Shown: positions 19,356 to 28,100 of the stretch, piece after piece
Numbering within the stretch: position 1 is the first letter of the stretch
How the letters are laid out: each line of letters begins with the position of its first letter
Virus record (IMG/VR): IMGVR_UViG_3300020577_007233
Coordinates: 125,593-189,592 of that record
Reading direction: 5' to 3' (one strand)
Length of the DNA: 64,000 nucleotides
Origin: a virus
Taxonomy: Duplodnaviria; Heunggongvirae; Uroviricota; Caudoviricetes
The notes under the pieces: model-generated
What the model was told of the DNA's origin: nothing
Databases searched by the model: none
The model's input: the letters and a program-made list of their open reading frames with translations, nothing else
Translations under genes and position numbers: made by a program

Positions 19356-20186
19356 TTATTCTTTGACACCAAGCCTACCGATTTCATCATATAGAATTTG
19401 AGGGTTTTTTACGTCTAATCCTTTACGCCTCATGTCCTGATATGCAAGAACCGCAACCCCTACAACTGCTGCGGTTAACAAGCTGCTGCCATTCATTGTG
19501 GCAAATCTTGATCCGGAATAGGTGGTTTCAAAGTCCTGGGAAGGCAGTATGATGCCTTTTGTCTTACCGCCTACTTTGATAAACTCGTTTGAACTTATAC
19601 TATTCGAGTAACCAACCGAAAAAACCTCGTCATACCTTGCTGGAAAATCAACATCTTTCGTTCTAGATGTACAGTTACCGCCAGCGGCAAACATGGCTAT
19701 TCCCTTTTTGTGAACCTTTTTGATGGCATCATGAAGACCTTCATGCTCATTAGGAGATCCAAAAGACATCAGTACAATATCAACATCTCTAACAATAGAC
19801 CACAAAAGAGCGTCTATAACTGAGTCAAAATCGCCTTCTCCATCCCCATCCAAAAGAGCTTTAGCAAAAAACAGATCTGTCTCGGTAGCCATGCCTTTTA
19901 TGCCATCCTTACCGTTTGCTGCAATAATGCCAGCAAGAGCGGTTGAATGACCGTAAACATCTCTTACGCTTCCGCTAGTTGTAAAGTTTTTGGACTTGAA
20001 CTCATCGACTAGGATATTCTTGTGAAAAGGTAATCCGCTATCAATAACTGAAACTCTCACAAACTTACCACTGCCTGGTATATCTCTAAAACCAAACAGC
20101 GAAGGCTGGTAATTAACACGCCGCTTGGGGCGACCGTGTATGTTCTTGAGTTCCGTCTTTTTGCAATTGACTCTGCCAGTCTCCAT
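19356..20186 (-). CDS. Subtilisin-like serine protease (peptidase S8)
   Basis: Triad-like motifs VSVIDSG (Asp), GHSTALAGII (His), NGSS (Ser), plus oxyanion AAGGN. Confidence 0.85.
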   Translation of the reverse strand: METGRVNCKKTELKNIHGRPKRRVNYQPSLFGFRDIPGSGKFVRVSVIDSGLPFHKNILVDEFKSKNFTTSGSVRDVYGHSTALAGIIAANGKDGIKGMATETDLFFAKALLDGDGEGDFDSVIDALLWSIVRDVDIVLMSFGSPNEHEGLHDAIKKVHKKGIAMFAAGGNCTSRTKDVDFPARYDEVFSVGYSNSISSNEFIKVGGKTKGIILPSQDFETTYSGSRFATMNGSSLLTAAVVGVAVLAYQDMRRKGLDVKNPQILYDEIGRLGVKE

Positions 20187-20916
20187 CTGATATCCTATAG
20201 TAGTTTCCTCTACCGAAAAACTCTATTCGAGTAGTCAGCCCGCTTGTATCAAGAAATTCTACATTCTTCCTAAGAGCTATAGATGCATGAAGAATAAACA
20301 GATCGTCTGTTATGATATTCATACATCTATTGATTTCGTCCATTTTCTTAAGAAGATTCTTCCTGATTGGTACGCTATAGATCTCTGACATTTCAAGCTT
20401 CAGATTGTTTTTTACAAACTGTCTGAGAGCATCGTGAGAAATAGCAATACCTGTGCGGTGTTTATTTGTTTTGTTCTTAGGATAGTACGCCAAGTCATAT
20501 CCCTCACCTCTCCATGTCAACCCAACAAGCTTGTACAAAACTTGTAGTAAATGCCTGTCGGACGATTGCCCTTCGTGCATAATAGAGAAATACTCTTCAG
20601 CGTCCTTGTTTATTGGTAAGATATCTCCGTTTCTCTCAAGAAAACCTGTTTGGGTTTTTGCGTCAATTTCAGCCATAAAATCAGAAGCTTCTACGGTTGG
20701 GGTCATATTGACTGCAAGATCAAAAACAACGTCCTTATTATGCGTATAACCGCTTATTGGGACTACTTTGCGGTTGAACTGAATAACTGGAAGGCTTTCT
20801 TGAGCAACAAAGAATGAAATATTGGCTTCTGGAAACTTCTTCATCAGCCCTCGAATAAGGCTAGTTGAAGCCAGAACCAACCAGGGTTCACCAAAGTTCA
20901 GAACAGCTATCTTCAT
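20113..20916 (-). CDS. GT9 (heptosyltransferase)-like glycosyltransferase, divergent
   Basis: N-terminus MKIAVLNFG..VLASTSLIRGLMKKFPEANISFFV, FDLAVN, and C-terminal IITDDLFILHASIAL resemble GT9 GT-B motifs. Confidence 0.55.
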   Translation of the reverse strand: MKIAVLNFGEPWLVLASTSLIRGLMKKFPEANISFFVAQESLPVIQFNRKVVPISGYTHNKDVVFDLAVNMTPTVEASDFMAEIDAKTQTGFLERNGDILPINKDAEEYFSIMHEGQSSDRHLLQVLYKLVGLTWRGEGYDLAYYPKNKTNKHRTGIAISHDALRQFVKNNLKLEMSEIYSVPIRKNLLKKMDEINRCMNIITDDLFILHASIALRKNVEFLDTSGLTTRIEFFGRGNYYRISDGDWQSQLQKDGTQEHTRSPQAAC

Positions 20917-21459
20917 TTAGTCACCTTTTCTGAAATTACCAGTCGAAGAGATTTCAATAGGAATTGGGTTATCAACAGACCCAAGCTCCTCTTCTCTTCT
21001 GCCTCTATTTTTTGCTGCGGCAGTTTTCTCTTGTTTTTCCTGTATCAAGTAATCTCTTTCTGATTCTCCAACAATCACCAATAGGCCGCTTTTCAACGCA
21101 TCAGCAACCGTCTTACACTTATCGAGTATTCCTTCGGGCAAAGACCAAACAGGCAAAAAGTCTCTCGAATTGAAGGTGTACTCTTTTCCGTTATACGCTG
21201 TTATCAAAATGCCTTTTGTGCAGTAAATATAGAACTCCGTGTCAGGGTGGGTTTGATCTCCAATATCTTCATCACTGTAGCTGCTACTGATAACATCAAG
21301 AACGTCCTCTCCTGTTGTCTCAACGGCTGACGTAACATACAAAACATCTTGCCCGGAAAGAATATCTCTAAGCTCTTGAATCTTATGCCAAGGATAAACC
21401 TTAACTGTTTTATCGCAAATCGTAACTGTTTTATTTGATGGATTGACAAGCACTATCAT
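20917..21459 (-). CDS. Hypothetical protein
   Basis: 180-aa ORF with AGGAG RBS, coupled to its neighbours. Confidence 0.6.
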   Translation of the reverse strand: MIVLVNPSNKTVTICDKTVKVYPWHKIQELRDILSGQDVLYVTSAVETTGEDVLDVISSSYSDEDIGDQTHPDTEFYIYCTKGILITAYNGKEYTFNSRDFLPVWSLPEGILDKCKTVADALKSGLLVIVGESERDYLIQEKQEKTAAAKNRGRREEELGSVDNPIPIEISSTGNFRKGD

Positions 21460-22840
21460 TTGGCATCTCCTTACCTAAAGCCCAAGCAGCTTCTAGAATT
21501 GTTTTCGTCTTACATCCGACTACTTCCCCGCTAAACGATTGAAGAATCTTCTGTTGGAGTAACTTGTTTTTTACAACTTGAGACTCATAGTTGTTTACCA
21601 TGTTCCTCATAGACTGTCCCAGTCTGTCAATGAAATCATCAGAAGAAAGGCTCGGGAAATAGAGGCCATCCCAATAATGAACTCCCGTTGCCCCGCTCTT
21701 TGCTCTTTCTAAGCGATCAATTGGGACAAGTGTTGAGTTTTCGTGATTCAAGAAGTCAAGCTGACCTCCATGCTCTGTTGATATAACAGGCAAACCACAT
21801 AAAGAGGCCTCGCAAAACGGCAACCCAAACCCCTCACCCCTTGAGGGAAGCACGAAAGCGTTACACGCCTTATAGAAAGACGGAAGTTGATACTCTGGAA
21901 CAGTCTTAGTACAAAGGCAAACGTGCGGAGAAAAGCTACTGCCAAGTTCTTTTCTGATTTCAGTCTTGATCTGTTCTTGAGCATCCTTAGACTTTTCGGC
22001 AACCAAAAGCAAAAGGGAAACATCATCACTATCGGAGAAAGAACGAGCAAACGCTTTTATCAGTGCATCGCTTCCTTTTCTATAACCCCATGTCAAAACG
22101 CTCAAAAACACGAATGATTTCAGCTTCGGTCTAAATGAATATGGCAGTACATTCTCTTTGTACATATTGCCATTCAGTATAGGAGGAACAACTGTTATTT
22201 TACGGACACATCCGCTGTCTTCAAAAGCTCTCTTACTGAATGAACTTGTAACCCATATTTCATCATAGCCGTTGGAAACGTCTATGAACTGCTCTGGGAC
22301 AGACAAAGATTCGGACGTTGTGTATAGAATGTTGTAGTGATTCTTTAGCGGCTTACCTTGCGTTGGAATAACGCTATCTATCTGTATGGCGCTATTGCCA
22401 ACTGGTCTTCTGAACATAGAAAAGACCTTAGCTTCCATTTCGTTCATATCATTGTTCTTGAACGAAATTGGATCGATTTCAACTAGACATCCCTTTCGAT
22501 ACAAATTAAGGGCAAGGCTTCTGTTGACCTTTGAATACCCAGTTGTTTCGTAAAAGTGACCTCTAAGTATGACTTCTATCTTTGAGCCGCTAGGCTTTCT
22601 GTCAACTAATTGTTCTTCGTTAGGCTTGAAAGAAGAGCTTATTCTAAGAAGGTTTTGCTCTATTCTTTCGCCTGAAGCCTCGATAACCCTAAACCCTCCC
22701 ATAGCCACCATTTGTTGAAAAGCATAGCTCTTTTTGACGGATTGAGAGTCAATCAACTGAGGTTGCTCATTGCTATATGGTACTGATGTTTTTATGTCAT
22801 CAAGGTAAACCGAGTTCTTCGTTAGGTTTATGAACTTCAT
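21431..22840 (-). CDS. GT4-family glycosyltransferase with N-terminal extension
   Basis: DEIWVTSSF, RKGSDALIKAF, FYKACNAFVLPSRGEGFGLPFCEASLCGLPVIST (E-x7-E GT4 motif). Confidence 0.9.
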   Translation of the reverse strand: MKFINLTKNSVYLDDIKTSVPYSNEQPQLIDSQSVKKSYAFQQMVAMGGFRVIEASGERIEQNLLRISSSFKPNEEQLVDRKPSGSKIEVILRGHFYETTGYSKVNRSLALNLYRKGCLVEIDPISFKNNDMNEMEAKVFSMFRRPVGNSAIQIDSVIPTQGKPLKNHYNILYTTSESLSVPEQFIDVSNGYDEIWVTSSFSKRAFEDSGCVRKITVVPPILNGNMYKENVLPYSFRPKLKSFVFLSVLTWGYRKGSDALIKAFARSFSDSDDVSLLLLVAEKSKDAQEQIKTEIRKELGSSFSPHVCLCTKTVPEYQLPSFYKACNAFVLPSRGEGFGLPFCEASLCGLPVISTEHGGQLDFLNHENSTLVPIDRLERAKSGATGVHYWDGLYFPSLSSDDFIDRLGQSMRNMVNNYESQVVKNKLLQQKILQSFSGEVVGCKTKTILEAAWALGKEMPNDSACQSIK

Positions 22841-22855
22841 ACTTGATTATCGGCG

Positions 22856-22890
22856 CGAAATAAAACCCGCCGTAAAGCGGGTTCTATTTC
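22856..22890 (-). terminator. Rho-independent terminator-like hairpin (possibly bidirectional)
   Basis: AAUAGAACCCGC-UUUACG-GCGGGUUUUAUU followed by UC. Lies ~20 nt upstream of the GT4 start. Confidence 0.6.
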
Positions 22891-22990
22891 TCGGTCTCGC
22901 CTTCTCTGTCCACTCTGTGAAAGACTCGTCCATGATTGGCGTTGCCGAAGCTAGAGGCCTTAACGAGTATGTTGCTTATCTATTCGACAA

Positions 22991-23374
22991 TTACTTGTCT
23001 TTGGATTCACAAAAGAATGGAGCAAGATTGAGTAGATCAATTGCGTTCAGCTTACTATCTGCGACTGTATCAATAGGAATTGGTTCCATATTGACTTCAA
23101 GTGTTTCTTCAAGAAGCGGCTCAAGCTCTTTAGTAAAAGCATCAATGTGTTCAGCTTTTACTCTCATTACTGTTTCTTTCTGAGGCGTTTCAATCGTTTC
23201 TCCATACTTCTTGATAAGATTTTGGCGAGTCTGTTCATATACTACGACTCTTTCTTGAATCTGCTTTGCAGCAATACCAAGACGGTATGCATCTCTTGCT
23301 GGAAGTGGCAAATTCAGAATAACATTGAAACTATTAACCATCGGGGCCATGTCTCTTAGCGTTAGCTTGATCAT
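22991..23374 (-). CDS. Small helical phage protein (DUF1617-like)
   Basis: MIKLTLRD...LNLPLPARDAYRL...TRQNLIKKYGE pattern. AAGGAG RBS. Confidence 0.5.
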   Translation of the reverse strand: MIKLTLRDMAPMVNSFNVILNLPLPARDAYRLGIAAKQIQERVVVYEQTRQNLIKKYGETIETPQKETVMRVKAEHIDAFTKELEPLLEETLEVNMEPIPIDTVADSKLNAIDLLNLAPFFCESKDK

Positions 23375-23421
23375 TTATTTCTCCTTGATAGCGTCATCCT
23401 GTATATCGGCAAAATCCATTC

Positions 23422-23453
23422 AAAAGAAAAGGGCAGCCCTTTCGGACTGCCCT
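23422..23453 (-). terminator. Rho-independent terminator after the major capsid gene
   Basis: AGGGCAGUCC-GAAA-GGGCUGCCCU followed by UUUCUUUU. Confidence 0.9.
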
Positions 23454-23499
23454 ATTAGGTCAATTTTGGCTGACCAAGACCATGATTATGAACCTACTA

Positions 23500-24399
23500 T
23501 TAGGTTGTAGCGCCAGTGAGGGAGATGAGGGCGATAGAGTAATCGTTGATGATTGCTACGCCGACTTCCTCATAGATGACCCATCCAAGGCGGAGCTTCT
23601 TAGGATCATCTGCTGGGAGAACCGTAATATCCTGACGGATAGGGAAGGCTCCAACAGTGTCAGGGGAAGCTACGCAGAGAACGTACCTTACGTCCATACG
23701 AGATGAAACGTGAAGGTCTGCGGTCCACAAGTGGCCGTAAAGACCAGTTGTGAGGATTTCACGAACAGTTGCCTGGTCGTAGAATGGATTGGTAGAGTTA
23801 GCTGTACCAACTGCACCGCCGTTGTTGAACTGACGAACTTCAGCGTAACGGTTTGCGTGCATTACGATCTTGGTGCAAACAAGGTCGTGCTGCTCGATTT
23901 CACGGAAAGCCGTGTTCAAGTAGCTTGGGAGAAGGGGAGCAGCGCCAACGACGGTCTGCTCAGAACGAGCAGCGTTGATGCATGCGTTGAAGATTTGCTC
24001 ATCTTCTTCCTTCTGAATGGCTTCCTTAGCCTTGATCTGTGCGCGGTCTACGATGTAGAAGCGACGAGCCTTGATTTCGCTGAGACGAATCGTTGGATTC
24101 GCTGCGATTTCCCAGGTTGGGACAAGGATTTCTTCGCCTTCCTGAATCTGGTCAGGTACGGCACCTCTGCGGGAAACGACGAATGCGATTGCGGCAACGT
24201 CTCTCTCATAGCGAGCAAGAGCGCCCTGTGGCAACTCGTCAACCATGAGAAGCTTACGGCCTACCGCCTGATATTCGAGAGAACGGCGAATTGGCTCAAC
24301 CATTGCCTGAGCAAGTGCTGTACGGCCTTCATCTGTCTCAAGGGCCTGAGCAATAACCATTTCGTTTTGCTCGTTGTTATAGTTCTTTACAAGACTCAT
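23500..24399 (-). CDS. Major capsid protein, HK97 fold (299 aa, no delta domain)
   Basis: ALAQAMVEPIRRSLEYQAVGRKLLMVDELPQGALARYERD...IVDRAQ.KA...IQ..ED pattern. Canonical position after protease and cement genes. Strong RBS and downstream terminator. Confidence 0.85.
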   Translation of the reverse strand: MSLVKNYNNEQNEMVIAQALETDEGRTALAQAMVEPIRRSLEYQAVGRKLLMVDELPQGALARYERDVAAIAFVVSRRGAVPDQIQEGEEILVPTWEIAANPTIRLSEIKARRFYIVDRAQIKAKEAIQKEEDEQIFNACINAARSEQTVVGAAPLLPSYLNTAFREIEQHDLVCTKIVMHANRYAEVRQFNNGGAVGTANSTNPFYDQATVREILTTGLYGHLWTADLHVSSRMDVRYVLCVASPDTVGAFPIRQDITVLPADDPKKLRLGWVIYEEVGVAIINDYSIALISLTGATT

Positions 24400-24421
24400 T
24401 TGAAATACTCCTTATTGTTCC

Positions 24422-24556
24422 CTGAGTGTCTTTTTGGATATAGACCTCAGAATCACAAAACCCTTTTCTTAGTAGAAAACAATCTTCTAAGACAATACAG
24501 TACAAAGACTGTACAAACTTTGATTCAAACCAGGAGCGTCCCGTTAAGGACGCCCC
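24422..24556 (-). promoter_or_regulatory. Array of four hairpins in the cement-MCP intergenic leader
   Basis: Inverted repeats at 24422-24450, 24467-24492, 24496-24513 and 24533-24556. Confidence 0.5.
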
Positions 24557-24574
24557 TATTAGTTAGTCAGTTCA

Positions 24575-25162
24575 TTAGAACTGGATGCTCATGATGAAGC
24601 TCATGAAACCGCCGTTGGTGTTGTAGGTTCTGAGAGGCATGCTGTAATCAGCAGCGTTGATAGCGCCTGGGACACCTGTTGGATATCCAGCGATACCAGA
24701 AGTACAAATACCAATCTTGTAGGTTCCTGAAACGTCAACGAATCCAGCGGTGTTGCTTGCGTTTACGTTGCTACCAACAGTGAAGGAAGTTCCCGATACA
24801 TACATATCGGTGTAGAACTCACCACCAGTGATGTAGACAGACATAAGGCCAGAGCCGAGGGTTTCGTTGAAGTAGTCAGAAACGCGGTTCTGAGTACCCT
24901 TACGAGAACCACCTGGATTGATTACCAAGCTGTCTTGGTAAGCTGTGTGGCCAGCAGCAACTGCGAGAGAGTCGCCAGCAAGACCAACAGGGACAACCGA
25001 GTTGGATGCCTTCTTGACATAACCGCTTGAGTTGATACCAACAACCATGCCCTGATAGATGGCGTAGGTTGATTCAGCGCCACCAGCGTTTAGCTGGGTA
25101 ACGTCTGCTGGGTCAACTGGGAACATTGCAACTGCTGTGTGATACTTTGGAATAAGAGCCAT
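24575..25162 (-). CDS. Putative capsid cement/decoration protein
   Basis: Immediately upstream of MCP. IYQGMVVGINSSGYVKKA..VPVGLAGD and VYITGGEFYTDMY resemble beta-tulip cement proteins. Confidence 0.65.
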   Translation of the reverse strand: MALIPKYHTAVAMFPVDPADVTQLNAGGAESTYAIYQGMVVGINSSGYVKKASNSVVPVGLAGDSLAVAAGHTAYQDSLVINPGGSRKGTQNRVSDYFNETLGSGLMSVYITGGEFYTDMYVSGTSFTVGSNVNASNTAGFVDVSGTYKIGICTSGIAGYPTGVPGAINAADYSMPLRTYNTNGGFMSFIMSIQF

Positions 25163-25193
25163 TTGAAATTCTCCTTGAAAATCGTTTCTAAAC

Positions 25194-28100
25194 TTAAGAC
25201 CTATAGTTCATTTTTCTAACTTCGGTAGTTGGATCTTCCGAAGCAAGAATGTTCTTCTTGTTTAGAGTAAACAAACTCTGCAAAGAATCCTTCAATTCAC
25301 TTGCAATTTTTCTCTGATTACTCTTTTCGGATATGATCAAAGGCTTTTCCGAACCTTTCGCAACAGTGTCGAGTCCTTTCTTGGAGGCTCCAAAGAGGGC
25401 ATTTTCAAGATCTCTTAGGTCGGAAGACTCGTATCGAGAAAGCTTCTCGATTTCAGAAGCAAGCTTATCAATTGTGATCATGCCTGCCTTGAGCTTACGT
25501 CCCGCAACTCTTGTTGCAGCCTCTTTCTTAGCCGCCGAGGACTCTGTATCGCCACCAGCGATTACTGTTCCCTTATGCGCAGTTTGCTTTTCTGGCGCAT
25601 TCTTTTCGTTGTTGTCGTACTTGGCGTTGGTTCCGCCGCCAGCAGGAATGCTTGGGGCAGAGTTCTCTTCCTTCGGTACGTCAGACAAAGTTTCTTTTTC
25701 ATGACCCATGAAGCTAGAGCTTCCGGCTTCGATCTTGCCGATATCCGCAGACTCTTGGGGAGTAATAGGATTGCCGCTCTTTGGGTTGTCCTTGTTAGCT
25801 GCGTATGGCTTTGTGTCGCCATCTTCAGAAACAGGAGCAGCCTTATCAAGCTTCTTGTCGTTTGCTGTCTTTAGAGTTGCATTAACAATGCGTTCTGCGA
25901 GGGATGCGGTCCTTGTCTTGCTTGATGCAGAGACATTTCCTTGCCCCTTCTCGCCGCCTGTTGCAACGTTTTGCTTTTCTGCTGTATAACCTTGAGCCTT
26001 TTCTTCGCCCATTTCAGCGCCGCCAGAATCGAAAGATGCCTTTGGCTTGCTGTTATCATAACCAGCATCCTTCTCGCCACCCATATTTGCGTCTCCGCTA
26101 AATACTTCTGGCTTCTTGGCGTCGAACTTTTCTTCGTTACCCATTGTAGAGCCGTCAGAAACGGTTCCAATGTCCTTGTCGTCCTGAGCGTTCTGAAGAC
26201 TTACTTCCTTGGCAACCTTTACAGACTTGCCTTGCTGTTTTGCAAGGACAGCCATGACGCCGCTGAGATCAAGATTGATCTCTCCGGTTCCGCCAATCTT
26301 GCCCTTCTTAAAGGCTCTTGTTGCCTGCTCGGCTTGTGCCATGTGAGTTTCCTCCGAAGATTCGCTTTCATCGCTATTTCCAAAGTCTGGGGAAGAATCC
26401 TCTTTTTCTTCGCTGTTTTCTTCGCTTTCACCGAATTCTCCGCCCTCAGAAGAAGGCTCTTCAGTTGAAGCGTCACCTTCAGGAGCTTCGCCATCTGCTG
26501 ATGGGATTTCGGTTTCTGAAGGAACGTCACCCTCGCCTGGCTCGCCGCCAAGAGGAGCATCAGCATGCTCTACAGGGTTTGCGTCTACAGGACCGCTTGG
26601 GGATTCACCCATAGCGCCGTCTACCGCATTAAGAGTGTCGTTTACAATACCACCGAGACCCTTAGTTGCATCTACAGCAGTATCTAGAACCTTATCAGCA
26701 GCCTGATCAAGACCTTCAACAGCCGCACCAGGCATTTCGATTACAGCCTCGCCGGAAAGAGGTGTCTGATGGTGAGGTTCAGCCGCAGGATTTTCTCCCT
26801 TAGCTATATCAATCGCCTTATCCAAGTTCTCGATTATATCGAGAGGAAGTTCGATTGTTACCGTACCACCAAGTCCTCCGCCAGGTCCGCCACCAAGTCC
26901 TCCGCCAATATCACCACCGAGGCCTGATTCTTGTCCTTCGCCAGGAAGGGCAGGTGCCCCACCTTCAGGACCGCCGATATCGCCTTCGTCATTTGCGAAA
27001 GGATCAACGTCATCACCGAATTCGCTACCCTCTCCATGAGGAGCAGGAGGAGCTTCAGAGCTTTCGCTGCTGTCGCCAAGTCCCATTCCGCCCATGCCGC
27101 CAGAGTCGCCGCTAAGTTCGTCAGCCAAGCTGTCATCGAACTGTGCGTACTTGGTCTTGAGTTGGTCGCAAATGAAGCATGCTTGCTTCATGTTAAACTT
27201 CTTGCTTCTAACAAAATCTTCTACGCAGCTAACCATTCCGTCTTCTTCAGCCCAAACAGATGCAACCTTGATTGCAACATCATTGCTGTATACGCCGGCG
27301 GTTGAAAGTCTCTTACATACGCAGTCAGCAAGATTGTTGCCTTCGCATGGACCGCTCAAAGCAAGGGCGTTTTCGCCAAACTTACGAGCAATCTTCTCTC
27401 TGCATGTTTCGATTGGGAACTTACTTCCGAACGCAGCAGTCTTCTTGAGACGCTGAAGAACAGAAGAACCTTTAGATGCGGTCTTGGTTGTGTTCAACAG
27501 TCCCTTTGCCTTCATAGCAAGGATCGTGTTACCCTTATCCAAGAGAAGCATGGAATCGAAAACTTCTTCTTCTACACCGTGAATCTTAAGGGCTGACGCA
27601 ATAGCGCTCTTCTTACGACGGCAACTTTCGCAGTTGCTTGTAGCAGGGAGAGCCTCAAAGCGCCATTCCGCAAAGATAGCCTTCTTGTTCTTGTTCTGAA
27701 CGCCAGCAACATGAACTTCATATGTAGCGCCAGTATCAAGGCAGAGGAACTTGTTATCAGAGAGCTTCATTACGCTGGTGGAACCAGTGTAAGGAGAAAT
27801 GCTACCAAGCGACCACTTAGATCCGTTGGCCTTAGCATCGTCTGTTGCCTTTCTGATCATTTCTGGACGAAGTTGAGTCATAGCTGCAACAGGAATGCTT
27901 GCTGGGTCAGTTGCGGTATCGCCGCCTTCTGGTAGAGCAAAGCCTCCGCCGCTTTCATCGCCAAGTGCATCTTCTTCGCCCTCGCCACCTTCTTCTCCGC
28001 CTGCATCAAGCAAGCCAGGATACTTGGTAATTTCGAGGTCAACCTTATATGCGAACTCAGCAGAGCAGTTTCCGCACTTACCCTTACCATCAAGAACGTC

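Noticed and set aside
23710-24594. Long plus-strand ORFs (e.g. 23710-24594, 28320-29090, 34901-35752, 113-481 and many in the fibre genes)
   Set aside because: They are antisense shadows of well-supported minus-strand genes, with no RBS or protein-like motifs.
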